Shown: piece after piece, positions 36,947 through 46,447 of the stretch
Layout of the letters: every line of letters starts with the position of its first letter
Position numbering within the stretch: position 1 is the first letter of the stretch
DNA from: Leptolyngbyaceae cyanobacterium
Lineage (GTDB): Bacteria > Cyanobacteriota > Cyanobacteriia > Phormidesmidales > Phormidesmidaceae
Length of the DNA stretch: 64,000 nucleotides
Direction of reading: 5' to 3'
Assembly (NCBI GenBank): GCA_965263355.1
Contig: CBDHHL010000056.1
Coordinates: 192,001-256,000 of the forward strand
Program-made: the position numbers and the translations under genes
Notes under the pieces: model-generated
Database searches by the model: none
What the model saw: only the letters and a program-made list of their open reading frames with translations
What the model was told of the DNA's origin: nothing

Positions 36947-38122
36947 ATGAACCAGATATACATTTCCTATGCGTGGAAGGATAATAATACTGAGTTAGGG
37001 CGTCAGCGCGAGGCGTTAGTGGATCGAATTTGTGCTGTGCTACTGGCTAAACGATATAACCTGATTCGCGATCGCAACCACCTTACCCTGGGTCAAAGTA
37101 TTCAAAAATTTATGCAGGAAATTGGTCGCGGCAACTATGTGATCTTGGTCATTAGCGACAAGTACCTGCGTTCTGAGTATTGCATGTTTGAGGCGCTGGA
37201 GGTGATGAAGCGCAAAGACTATCAGCAGAGAATTTTTCCAGTTGTTTTGTCGGATGCTAATATCTACAGTCGTGAAAGTCAGGTTAAATACATTCAGTAT
37301 TGGCAAACAAAAAAAGAACAGCTGGCCGCACTAATTGGGCCAAATCCGGCTGATGAATATTCGGCCATGGTGGATGTAGCCAATAAGATTGCAGAGATTT
37401 CTGAAAATGTGGATGACTTTATTCACTTTGTCAAAGATAAACTAAATATTGACCCTGCCAAGGACTTTGATCGGTTTATTGAGAATCTTACGGGGAATAT
37501 CAAAGAAGATTCAAAACAGCTGAGACGGACAAAAACTATTTTGGTGGCAGGAACTGGCAAATATCACCTGCCGGCTGAGATTAATTGGTGTGCGCAAATG
37601 CTTGGCAAGAGAATTGCTGAACGGACGTATAATCTAATTACCGGAGGGTGGGAAGGCGTAGACTATGTTGTTGCCGATGCCTTTGCTCAGCAACTATCTC
37701 AGGACAATATTCGGTTAACGGATAAGCTGACGCAAATTGTTCCACGGGGAAAACAGCCTTCGTTTAAGGGGGGTATGGTGGAGTATACAGAGTCCGGTGT
37801 CAATGAATGGTTGGACTGTCTGAAACAGGCAGATTTGGTGATTCTATTAGGAGGGGTGGGGGGAACCTATGAAACGTATCAGTATGCTAGACAAGAGCGG
37901 ATTCCGGTGCTTCCAATTGTATGTACCGATGGGGATGCTAAGCGGGTATTTGATGAGATGCTTAGGGACTGGGATCGCTCATTGATGGGCAGCGTATCGC
38001 CTGAGCAGTTTAAGTCGTTGAATCAGTATATTAATGACGCTGAGACGGCGGAAGATGTGATTGAAGATGTGATTGAAATGGTGGATGAGATTATCTTTTC
38101 AAAGATGATGTTGAGGGACTGA
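36947..38122 (+). CDS. TIR domain - SLOG (SMF/DprA/LOG) domain fusion protein
   Basis: TIR: IYISYAW, IRD, FMQEIGRGNYVILVISDKYLRSEYCMFE, IFPVV. SLOG: ILVAGTG, LGKRIAE, LITGGWEGVD, ADLVILLGGVGGTYET, IPVLPIVCTDGDA. Confidence 0.82.
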   Translation: MNQIYISYAWKDNNTELGRQREALVDRICAVLLAKRYNLIRDRNHLTLGQSIQKFMQEIGRGNYVILVISDKYLRSEYCMFEALEVMKRKDYQQRIFPVVLSDANIYSRESQVKYIQYWQTKKEQLAALIGPNPADEYSAMVDVANKIAEISENVDDFIHFVKDKLNIDPAKDFDRFIENLTGNIKEDSKQLRRTKTILVAGTGKYHLPAEINWCAQMLGKRIAERTYNLITGGWEGVDYVVADAFAQQLSQDNIRLTDKLTQIVPRGKQPSFKGGMVEYTESGVNEWLDCLKQADLVILLGGVGGTYETYQYARQERIPVLPIVCTDGDAKRVFDEMLRDWDRSLMGSVSPEQFKSLNQYINDAETAEDVIEDVIEMVDEIIFSKMMLRD

Positions 38123-38187
38123 AAGAGTATTGAGTACAACGAAATTTCTCTAGTTAGTTAGTTCTTTATTACTTTTACTCATTTTGA

Positions 38188-38379
38188 CTAACTCATGGTT
38201 CGCTGAAATAGCGCAGAAGAATAGACAATTATAAAATCTAGTAGAACGCCCCTACCGGTAAGTCCTCCATAGCCCAGCTCATTGGAAACGAACGCGTCGA
38301 TGATATCCCCCTGCTGCTGAATCAGATGCAGAAAATCAATCTGAGTGAACTTGTAGATGAGTACTTCAAAAGCCATGGC
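38188..38379 (+). mobile_element. IS1634-family left-end remnant (end sequence plus first ~37 transposase codons)
   Basis: From ATA at 38269: AQLIGNERVDDIPLLLNQMQKINLSELVDEYFKSHG matches the ERVDDIPLL...HG N-terminus of this family; candidate end CTAACTCATGGTTCG at 38188. Confidence 0.72.
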
Positions 38380-38753
38380 TCCATTAATCCACGCTTCACG
38401 GCTTCACTCAAGGCAGTTGCTTTTCGTAGCAAACCCTCCTGATAAATTTGCATTAGCATCTTTAGATCTAATCGCTCTTCTTCGATTAGAAGCCCTGCTT
38501 GTTGACGATCTAGCAATTCACTTAAGCGCTTATCTTGCGCTGGTTGCATTTGTAACTCTGTTAGAGCTAAAACTTGATCATCAGTTAGATTAGATATTGG
38601 TTCAAGCTCAAGAATATCCGTCCTAATGGGAGGAATGAAAAGTTGTATGCTATCTACCAAAACATTAGCGATATCACGATTTGCTAGTCGTGCAAAAAGC
38701 TCCGCACGTTGGTAGATAGCATCTGGCAAAGTAATTGTAATTTCGGTACTCAC
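38322..38753 (-). CDS. Antitoxin-like hypothetical protein, usually paired with an HNH gene; C-terminus reads into the IS remnant
   Basis: STEITITLPDAIYQRAELFA, LTDDQVLAL, RLSELLDRQQAG, LLRKATALSEAVKRGLMEP then unrelated IS-derived residues; GTG start 38753. Confidence 0.7.
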   Translation of the reverse strand: MSTEITITLPDAIYQRAELFARLANRDIANVLVDSIQLFIPPIRTDILELEPISNLTDDQVLALTELQMQPAQDKRLSELLDRQQAGLLIEEERLDLKMLMQIYQEGLLRKATALSEAVKRGLMEPWLLKYSSTSSLRLIFCI

Positions 38754-38895
38754 GGCTGTACTTCCCAAGATCGTTTGGATGGGCTGAAGTTGCTTATTGC
38801 GCTTCTTTTAGTGGGCTCATGAGTAATTTTGGCAGACTTAATAGAGCTTTGCCTATTTTTAGCTTCAGTTTACTTGTCAATAGAAGACTCATGCG

Positions 38896-39204
38896 ATGGC
38901 AAATAATAACCAAATGAAGTTAGTGCTCACAGTAATCATTCGCGGCTACAGGCTTTTAATTTCTCCTCTATTTCCCCCTACTTGCCGCTATACCCCTACC
39001 TGTTCAAACTATGCCCTGGTAGCTATAGAACGCTTTGGCCCATGGCGTGGTAGCTGGATGGCTATCAAGCGCATTGTTCGCTGTAACCCCTGGCATGAGG
39101 GTGGTTACGACCCTGTGCCACTTATACCCATGGTGGGTAAAACAGATTTAAGCGATCTAATCGTCTCCAATGAGGCCTCTGACAGAGTCGCTAATGAAGA
39201 TTAG
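38896..39204 (+). CDS. yidD: Membrane protein insertion efficiency factor YidD
   Basis: [40 protein letters not shown]. Confidence 0.95.
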   Translation: MANNNQMKLVLTVIIRGYRLLISPLFPPTCRYTPTCSNYALVAIERFGPWRGSWMAIKRIVRCNPWHEGGYDPVPLIPMVGKTDLSDLIVSNEASDRVANED

Positions 39205-39296
39205 GAGAAGACATCAACGCCCCACGACTCGTCTCTGCCAACTCGGTTCTAGACTCGATTAAAGTATTTTCAACGTTACTGTCTAAGATCTTAGTA

Positions 39297-39629
39297 ATGA
39301 AACGAGTCAACCTTAATGAACTAGTAGACGAGGGGGTTTCCCATAACACTGCGATACGCAAAAAGGTCATGCTGCAACCGGGAGATATTCCTCATCTGAC
39401 TAACTTTTCTCAGGCTACATTTGCCCCTGGTCAAGTTGCCAAAGCTCATTCCCACTCGGATATGCATGAAGTATTTTTCGTGTCGGCAGGGATGGGGGTG
39501 ATGACCGTTAATGGCTTCGACCAGACGCTTTCACCAGGGGTTTGCATTTGGGTAGAACCGGGGGATGTTCATGAGGTCAAAAATACAGGCGAAGATACCC
39601 TGGTGCTGACCTATTTTGGGATAGTCTAA
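39297..39629 (+). CDS. Cupin domain protein
   Basis: AHSHSDMHEVFFVSAGMG and VEPGDVHEVKNTG cupin motifs. Confidence 0.88.
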   Translation: MKRVNLNELVDEGVSHNTAIRKKVMLQPGDIPHLTNFSQATFAPGQVAKAHSHSDMHEVFFVSAGMGVMTVNGFDQTLSPGVCIWVEPGDVHEVKNTGEDTLVLTYFGIV

Positions 39630-40127
39630 ATGCCCTACGATGTGCCGCCGCCACCGTTGGATAATCCTATTTACTTGAACCACCGCCACTGGATGCTGCG
39701 GGCGTTGGAGCTAGCGGAAGTTGCTGGTTCAGTAGATGAGGTGCCTGTAGGTGCCGTAATCGTCGGGCCAAATGACGAGGTAATTGCTGAAGCGGCTAAC
39801 CGTCGTGAGCGAGATCATGACCCTACGGCCCATGCAGAAATTTTGGCCTTACGTCAGGCAGGACAGCAGTTACAAAACTGGCATCTAAATGACTGCCGTT
39901 TGTACGTCACCCTGGAACCCTGCCCCATGTGTGCAGGTGCAATTGTCAATGCGCGGTTGGGTTTACTAGTTTATGGCGCAGATGACCCAAAAACGGGAGC
40001 AATCCGCTCTGTGTTAAATGTGCCAGATGGACCAGCGTCTAATCATCGATTAGAGGTACAGGGGGGAATTCTTGCCTCTTCCTGCCAACAACAGTTACAA
40101 AACTGGTTTTGTCAGAGACGGCAGTGA
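39630..40127 (+). CDS. tadA: tRNA adenosine(34) deaminase
   Basis: EVPVGAVIV, DPTAHAE, YVTLEPCPMCAGA, DPKTGA. Confidence 0.95.
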   Translation: MPYDVPPPPLDNPIYLNHRHWMLRALELAEVAGSVDEVPVGAVIVGPNDEVIAEAANRRERDHDPTAHAEILALRQAGQQLQNWHLNDCRLYVTLEPCPMCAGAIVNARLGLLVYGADDPKTGAIRSVLNVPDGPASNHRLEVQGGILASSCQQQLQNWFCQRRQ

Positions 40128-40306
40128 AACTGTCCTGTTTATTGGCAGAGCTACCCTCACCATAGGTATATGGTATGTATACAAATGTGGAATTAAGTAT
40201 CGTTGAGCACATAGGCTATCCACGGTTATGACGGCTCATTTATGGGCAACGGCTTACGACTGGTTCCACTTTGGGTGTGTTTTTCTTTGTTTCCTGAGCA
40301 TCGCTA

Positions 40307-41041
40307 ATGGCTCTTAGTCCGCAATTTTTGCTTCACAGACAGCCGACTCCGGAGGTTGTTCGTTCATCCTGTCCATCTAAGCTGTCCCCCTGGCTGGCTC
40401 CGCTAGCTTATACAGTTGGTGAATGTTTGCTGCTACCTAATTTCTTTAAGACGATTCGTATTATTGGTCAGGAAAATATTCCCACTAGCGGTCCTGTGGT
40501 ATTTGCCCCCACCCATCGTTCTCGATGGGATGCATTGTTAGTGGGTCTGGTCGGCCATCAGGCCACGGGTCGCTATTTACGGTTTATGGTGACGGCGGAT
40601 GAGTGTCTGGGATTACAGGGCTGGGCGATTAAGCGATTGGGTGGGTTTCCGGTAGATGTAAGAAGACCTGCGATCGCAACCCTGCGCCATGGCATGCAGC
40701 TACTCCAAAATCAGCAAACTCTGGTAATTTTTCCCGAAGGGGATATCTTTCGTCAAAAGCAGATCCAACGTCTCAAGCCTGGTTTGGCCAGATTAGCCCT
40801 ACAGGCAGAGCAGTTGACACCCAGCCTGGGGGTAAAGGTACTGCCCATCTATCTTGACTATGACAGCCCTTGCCCTACTTTTGGTAGTAATGTTGAAGTA
40901 CGCATTGGTCAGCCCTTGGCGGTCAAGGATTATCTGACATCTGGCTCAGCTAAGCAACAGGCTATGAAGTTGACGGCAGATCTAAAGCAAACCTTAGACT
41001 CCCTGACTGGCCTTGAACAGCCCCTAGAACTAGCTGTGTAA
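40307..41041 (+). CDS. plsC: 1-acyl-sn-glycerol-3-phosphate acyltransferase
   Basis: APTHRSRWD (HxxxxD), LGGFPVD, LVIFPEG, LKPGLARLA. Confidence 0.88.
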   Translation: MALSPQFLLHRQPTPEVVRSSCPSKLSPWLAPLAYTVGECLLLPNFFKTIRIIGQENIPTSGPVVFAPTHRSRWDALLVGLVGHQATGRYLRFMVTADECLGLQGWAIKRLGGFPVDVRRPAIATLRHGMQLLQNQQTLVIFPEGDIFRQKQIQRLKPGLARLALQAEQLTPSLGVKVLPIYLDYDSPCPTFGSNVEVRIGQPLAVKDYLTSGSAKQQAMKLTADLKQTLDSLTGLEQPLELAV

Positions 41042-41054
41042 GTTGGGGCATGGC

Positions 41055-42452
41055 CTATGCAACGGCTAGATGTTCAACCACCTGGCATAGGGTAATGGCC
41101 AGTCTACTTTCAGGCTGCTGTCGGTGGGGGCTTTGGGCTTCAGCAGCAGCTTCACCAATAATCTGATCAATAGTTTGGGTAAGAATAGTTTCGATCGCTG
41201 GCGCTAGTTCAGCCAGTCGTTGTTCTGAGGTATGGTGCCCAGCGGCTTCATAAACACAGTTTTTGATGTTATCTAGGGTGAGCTGACGAATCTCAGACCG
41301 CAGTTCTTTTAGCTTAAGCAGGCGAGTAATTTGCACCTGGTTATTAAAGCTGAGCTGGGGAGAAAATTGCTGGGTGAGTCGAGTTGCGATCGCACCCATC
41401 GATAACCCTTCCTGGTGAAAGAGTCTGACGGCTTCTATATAGGCTTGGGCTTTGTACTGATTGTCGCGTTTTTGCAAGTACTCTACCCGCTGCTGTAGGG
41501 CTTGTTGAATTGCCTGTCGTAAACACCGCTCTAAATTGGCCTGATACTGTTGGAAAAATGCCTGTTGTTCGTCAGCATCATCGGTTTGATTAGACGAATC
41601 CACACTCATATAACGCTCAACTGAAAAATTATCCAATTCATCTAGGAAAATAACATTGCCCAGGGTTTGGACATGGCCGCTACGTCTGTAAATTCGATAC
41701 TGGCGTAACTTATTGGCGAGGTCCTCTAGCTGAACCAATATCTGTTCAGGGGCCTGGTTAACAGCTATTTTCTGGAGTTGTTCATAGGTAGGGCTTTGAC
41801 AACGGCTACCTTGTCGACGGGTTTGCAACTTCAGGTTACGATCCCGACGGTACACCTGATGGTAGCGCTGCAGCAGGGTTTGGGCAGCTTTACGTTCAGT
41901 TTCAGGAAACTGATAAAAGTTTTCAAAAATACGATCTAACTGAGAACAAGTCGTGTCGTTAAGGATTGCCCAATTGCTGATGCGGTAAAGCCCCTGTTCT
42001 AGCAGAAACTCATTTAAACCGCGATGGTTTTTAGTCAGGTGTGTCGTCCAAGTGCTCAGCTTTGCTTTACTAATGCTATAGCGTTCTAAAATCTCTAACG
42101 TAAAGGGGCGATATGAATTTTTCAGACGACCATTGTCATCTAGCACGTAGGGTAATAAGTCTGTGGTCCGAAAGCGATAGTGTTGCCCAAACTGTTGTGC
42201 CAAATGACGGCAAGTATTGTAGATATAATGACTAATAAAACAACGTAAGCTTAGCTCCGCCATGGCTGCATCCGTTCCACCAGCTTGCCAGCGTCTGACA
42301 AGGGTATCTTGCACATGGCGTTCTGACGTATCTTCCAGTTCACTTAAAAAATACTGTTCAAACCAAGTTTGAATATGAGGAAACGACTTGCAAGAGTAAC
42401 GACCAGAGCTTGTGATTTTTGCCAGTTGCCAGTAGTTAGAGAAAGTTTCCAT
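41055..42452 (-). CDS. Cyanobacterial HetZ-related / sigma-factor-like HTH protein
   Basis: LRCFISH, DLLPYVLDDNG, LSTWT, FLLEQGLYRISNWAILNDT, C-terminal HTH LFHQEGLSMGAIA...QVQITRLLKL. Confidence 0.6.
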   Translation of the reverse strand: METFSNYWQLAKITSSGRYSCKSFPHIQTWFEQYFLSELEDTSERHVQDTLVRRWQAGGTDAAMAELSLRCFISHYIYNTCRHLAQQFGQHYRFRTTDLLPYVLDDNGRLKNSYRPFTLEILERYSISKAKLSTWTTHLTKNHRGLNEFLLEQGLYRISNWAILNDTTCSQLDRIFENFYQFPETERKAAQTLLQRYHQVYRRDRNLKLQTRRQGSRCQSPTYEQLQKIAVNQAPEQILVQLEDLANKLRQYRIYRRSGHVQTLGNVIFLDELDNFSVERYMSVDSSNQTDDADEQQAFFQQYQANLERCLRQAIQQALQQRVEYLQKRDNQYKAQAYIEAVRLFHQEGLSMGAIATRLTQQFSPQLSFNNQVQITRLLKLKELRSEIRQLTLDNIKNCVYEAAGHHTSEQRLAELAPAIETILTQTIDQIIGEAAAEAQSPHRQQPESRLAITLCQVVEHLAVA

Positions 42453-42599
42453 GGTTCTGAAGATATCTGGTGAGCTGTCAACAATGGAATGTGCTGATGT
42501 TTATCAGCCAGTAGCCTGATATTGATAACAGTAAAATTTTCCAGATTTGGAAACACTAACCCTAAGTGCAGACCAGCACAGCGAAAACGGCGACGCTGG

Positions 42600-42677
42600 T
42601 TGCAGAAAAGTGCAAGGTCAACTGTACGAGTTTACGAAAACGCCGAAATTAGCAGTGACCTTTGCATAAAACTGCAA
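42600..42677. promoter_or_regulatory. Two TTGCA-N6-TGCAA palindromes in the divergent promoter region
   Basis: TTGCA-GAAAAG-TGCAA (42600-42615) and TTGCA-TAAAAC-TGCAA (42662-42677). Confidence 0.45.
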
Positions 42678-42738
42678 TATTGCGAGTTGCAATCGACGAT
42701 AAGCTTTGCCTGTAAATGCTTAGAGTAGTGCCTAAATT

Positions 42739-43533
42739 ATGGTTCTACGGACTAATATCGACACTTATGCTGTTATCTGGGCCGACTATCACGAAATGAT
42801 GGTCGCCAATGTGGCCCAGGTGAATGGCGTATTGTTAGGTATCGGTGTGACAATATTTATGGGTAGCGCGATCGCAAATTGGTTTTTTCAGCGGGTAACG
42901 CGGCAGCGGCAACAGGCCTGGCAGTGGTGGCATAGCCAGCAACAGCAACAACAGCACAATCAAGCAGAAACCGTCCGAGATGGTTTACTACAGGAAGCAT
43001 TTGCCCTGCGTCGATATTTTGAAAAAGGTAGCCATGCAATGGATGAACCGGCTGTCTACTTAGAGCAGTTCAACCAGTTTTATCGCTCCTTAGAAAACCT
43101 TAGTAACGAACTCTCACCGCCGTTTGTCGAAGATAGTTTGCCATTAGCCCTACAGTTTTTGCTCAAAAATTATGGACACATCGAAACGAATCTGGAGCTA
43201 GAACTGGACCCAGATTGTGCCTATGATGATCCTGAGCGTAATCGCACTGTCCTATCCATCGTGGCTGAGCTATTGTCTTTACTTGTGCCAGAGGCCCAGA
43301 TGCCAGAGTTGAAGATACCGCTTACCGTACAACTGCGACGTATGGGGACGATGAATAACCTACAGCTCACTAGAAGTATGCTTAACCAGCAATCCAGGGT
43401 GCTCCTATTAAATTCGACCGAAGTGCAGTATCTCAAAGAAATTTTCCATAGCCTGATGTCCGGTACATTGGATATTGATCAGGATGATGTCGAATTAACC
43501 TGTCTACTTAGTTGGCCTGTAAGCAGTAGCTAA
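42739..43533 (+). CDS. Membrane-anchored degenerate HisKA_3-type kinase-like protein
   Basis: One TM, QAETVRDGLLQ (H-box position without His), LENLSNELSPPFVEDSLPLAL; no N or G boxes seen. Confidence 0.62.
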   Translation: MVLRTNIDTYAVIWADYHEMMVANVAQVNGVLLGIGVTIFMGSAIANWFFQRVTRQRQQAWQWWHSQQQQQQHNQAETVRDGLLQEAFALRRYFEKGSHAMDEPAVYLEQFNQFYRSLENLSNELSPPFVEDSLPLALQFLLKNYGHIETNLELELDPDCAYDDPERNRTVLSIVAELLSLLVPEAQMPELKIPLTVQLRRMGTMNNLQLTRSMLNQQSRVLLLNSTEVQYLKEIFHSLMSGTLDIDQDDVELTCLLSWPVSSS

Positions 43534-43598
43534 AAGCATTTTTAGTTCGATACTATTTATTAAGTGTGTTTATTTTCCTAACTTAGGAATGTCTCGTC

Positions 43599-44264
43599 AT
43601 GGTTCATGCAGAGGCTCAGGCCCTAACATTTGTTGTATTAGACGATCATGCTGCTGTTTTAGCGGGCACCTGTAGCGTCTTGCAAGAACGGTACCCTGAT
43701 AGTAAGGTTGCAACTGCAAGTACAGTCACTGAAGCCCAAGCACTGATTACCGATGTGCCGCCTGATTTATTTGTCATGGATCTGTCGGTGCCAGTAAACA
43801 CTGGTGATAAGCCCCAGACCCAGGCTGGCTTAGATTTGCTAAAAGCCGTATTGACTAATTATGCGAATCTTAACATCGTGGTGCAGAGTGCCCATGTGCG
43901 ATCGCTAGTGCGATTAAAGCCCATTATCGATACCCATCAAGGTGGCTTTACCATCGCCGACAAAAGTTTGACCAGTAATGAGATGCTCACTAAGGTGGAC
44001 TGGGCATTGAAAGGATTACTCTACACGCCGCCAGAAATGCGCACCGGGTTAGAGGTAAAGTCAGAGTGGCTAAAGGTGATCGAGCTGGCTTTTAAAGAAA
44101 GTTTGACCGATAAAGCCATTGCTGAACGCATGCATGTAGGGGAACGCACCGTACGTTATTACTGGACCCGAGTGCAAGATGCCCTACAGGTCTACCCGGA
44201 TAGTGGCATTAATATTCGCGTACAAACCTATGTGCGGGCACGGGAAGTTGGTTTATTAGATTAG
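43599..44264 (+). CDS. NarL/LuxR-type response regulator
   Basis: FVVLDDH, FVMDLSVP, ADKS; HTH LTDKAIAERMHVGERTVRYYW; RAREVGLLD. Confidence 0.9.
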   Translation: MVHAEAQALTFVVLDDHAAVLAGTCSVLQERYPDSKVATASTVTEAQALITDVPPDLFVMDLSVPVNTGDKPQTQAGLDLLKAVLTNYANLNIVVQSAHVRSLVRLKPIIDTHQGGFTIADKSLTSNEMLTKVDWALKGLLYTPPEMRTGLEVKSEWLKVIELAFKESLTDKAIAERMHVGERTVRYYWTRVQDALQVYPDSGINIRVQTYVRAREVGLLD

Positions 44265-44307
44265 GAGATGCGTCCGGTTGAACAAGGTCTCGGTGGGTTG
44301 ATGTAGT

Positions 44308-46233
44308 ATGGCCATTTTCAAAGACAGACGCATTAATCTGCATAGTGGGGAATTTTCTGGGCTGTCGATTATTGCCATCTTTTTAGCCCTGCGATTACTG
44401 GGCTTTTTGCAAGCCCTCGAATGGGATGTGCTAGATTTTGCCCTGCGTAAGCGACCGGCTGAAATCACTGATGACAAAGTGACAATCGTAAACATTACAG
44501 AAGCCGATATTCAACAATCCCTGACCTATCCCATCGCCGATCAGTCCCTGGCAGAATTGCTAAATCGGCTCCAAACCTATGAACCTCGGGTGATTGGTCT
44601 AGACGTTTTTCGAGACTTTCAGGTCGGTACGGGGTACGACGATTTAGTCGAGGTCTTTACCAATTCAGACAATATTATTGGTATTAAGAAGATTACGTCG
44701 CCGACCATTTCTGGGCCGCCCGCGTTACCCCCAGAGCGCGTGGGGTTTGTGGATGCACCATTAGATGGCGATGGTTTTTTACGACGTAGCCTATTAGGAG
44801 CCCCTGATGAACAGGGTGATTATCAGTTTTCGTTTACGATTCGGCTGGCGGAAAAATACTTAGCTACGGAAGGGCTATCGTTGGAAAATGGGCGGCGTGA
44901 TCCAAAAACGATGCGGTTTGGTAATGCTGAAATCCCCCGTTTTCGGGCTAATACGGGTGGTTATACAAGGGCAGATGATGGTGGCAACCAAACATTGATT
45001 AACTTTCGAGCTGGCGTGCACCCCTTTACAAAGGTGACCTACGGTGAGCTAATGGCTGGCAATGTAGATCCGGCTTTTTTAGAAGATCGGGTGGTTTTGG
45101 TTGGATACGATGCCATCAGTGCCAAGGACTTTGTCAATGTGGCCGCCCTGGCGGGGGCTAATCCTGGACTGGTGCCTGGAGTTGATGTTCAGGCCCACGC
45201 AGTCAGCCAACTAATTAACGCGACCCTCAACAATCGCGCTTTTTTAAGGACGCTCCCCGGATGGACAGAATATGGGCTGTTAATTGCTGGCGGTGTGGTC
45301 GGAATGGTGCTCGCGAGCAAGTGTTTAAGGCCGTCCACCCATTTGATTATTGTTGCTGTTGTGGGGAGTGGATTGGTTGTCGCATTCTACGGCGCTTTGC
45401 TGGCCAGTTGGTGGTTACCGATGGTGCCCGTGATGATTATTTTTAGTTTGAATGCCATGGTGCTCTACCCGATGTATCAGGCCCAGGCCCAGTTGCGATC
45501 GCAGCTAAATCAACGCCAGCAGCTCATCGACTGGACCTTTAGCACCATTCACAATGGCCCGCTCCAAACCCTGGCAAGATTTTTAAAAGAATGGCCCACA
45601 GACAATCAGTACCCTAACATTAGCAAAGCAGATTTAAAGCAACTAAACCAGGAACTGCGCGATCTCTACGATGCCATGCGCCAGGAAATGCTAATGCCCG
45701 GTCAACAGCTAGTACTTAGCCGACAGCAGGTGATTAACCTGGATGAACCCCTAAGAGAATTGCTCTATGAAATTTACAGTAACACCACAAAACGGCGGCA
45801 AGATTTCTTTAAAAACCTATTGCACATTACAGACTTTCAAGAGATCGATGACAGTCGTTTAACCCCAGACCAGAAACGTGACCTGGGACGGTTTCTAGAA
45901 GAAGCCCTGCTAAATGTTTGTAAATACGCCCCAGGGACCACCCGCTTGAAAGTAATGTGTCAACCCGAGGGCGCAGATAACGTTATTCGAGTGATTGATA
46001 ACGGGTCAAATGGGTTACCAGCTACCAATCGAGAAGGGTATGGCACTCGTCAGGCCAAACAATTAGCCCATAGTCTCCAAGGTACATTTGAGCGGCAGCC
46101 GGTTAGCCCTAAAGGCGTACGATGTGAACTACGATGGCCAATTGCTGTCAAACAAAGCTGGTTTGGGTTCGATAAACTAAAACTGCAGGTGCCAGGTATT
46201 CCAACCATGACTGGAAACCGCAAACATCAATGA
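44308..46233 (+). CDS. CHASE2-domain sensor histidine kinase (HisKA_3-like)
   Basis: CHASE2 motifs PRVIGLDVFRD, DGDGFLRR, DRVVLVG, GVDVQAHAVSQL; 3 TMs; IHNGPLQTL H-box; EEALLNVCKYA, IDNG, GYGT. Confidence 0.88.
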   Translation: MAIFKDRRINLHSGEFSGLSIIAIFLALRLLGFLQALEWDVLDFALRKRPAEITDDKVTIVNITEADIQQSLTYPIADQSLAELLNRLQTYEPRVIGLDVFRDFQVGTGYDDLVEVFTNSDNIIGIKKITSPTISGPPALPPERVGFVDAPLDGDGFLRRSLLGAPDEQGDYQFSFTIRLAEKYLATEGLSLENGRRDPKTMRFGNAEIPRFRANTGGYTRADDGGNQTLINFRAGVHPFTKVTYGELMAGNVDPAFLEDRVVLVGYDAISAKDFVNVAALAGANPGLVPGVDVQAHAVSQLINATLNNRAFLRTLPGWTEYGLLIAGGVVGMVLASKCLRPSTHLIIVAVVGSGLVVAFYGALLASWWLPMVPVMIIFSLNAMVLYPMYQAQAQLRSQLNQRQQLIDWTFSTIHNGPLQTLARFLKEWPTDNQYPNISKADLKQLNQELRDLYDAMRQEMLMPGQQLVLSRQQVINLDEPLRELLYEIYSNTTKRRQDFFKNLLHITDFQEIDDSRLTPDQKRDLGRFLEEALLNVCKYAPGTTRLKVMCQPEGADNVIRVIDNGSNGLPATNREGYGTRQAKQLAHSLQGTFERQPVSPKGVRCELRWPIAVKQSWFGFDKLKLQVPGIPTMTGNRKHQ

Positions 46234-46351
46234 TGGTTTGCGTCAGTAATATAGTCCCTTCGGGTAATGTCCCGTGGTCAAAACTTGTTTATCGTATGTG
46301 CATAAGTTAGGCGTAGTTAGCCCTAAATGTGGTTGCAGTTGTTTTTTCGCT

Positions 46352-46425
46352 TTAAACCACGTCAAAGTTGAAATCTAATGATTCTTCTACAGAAAAACTC
46401 AAGCTCTGGATGTGGACAAAGTTTA
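46352..46425 (+). repeat. ~75-nt dispersed element, copy C (upstream of DUF928 gene)
   Basis: TAAACCACGTCAAAGTTGAAA...TTCTTCTACAGAAAAACTC...TGGATGTGGACAAAGTTTA. Confidence 0.75.
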
Positions 46426-46447
46426 GTTAGCTTCTCAAGGTGCCCTT

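Noticed and set aside
38188..38376. 62-aa minus-strand ORF as a toxin partner of the antitoxin-like gene
   Set aside because: It is the antisense of the IS1634 end and transposase N-terminus.
42936..42956. Poly-Gln tract as a phase-variable repeat
   Set aside because: Mixed CAG/CAA codons, short and in frame.
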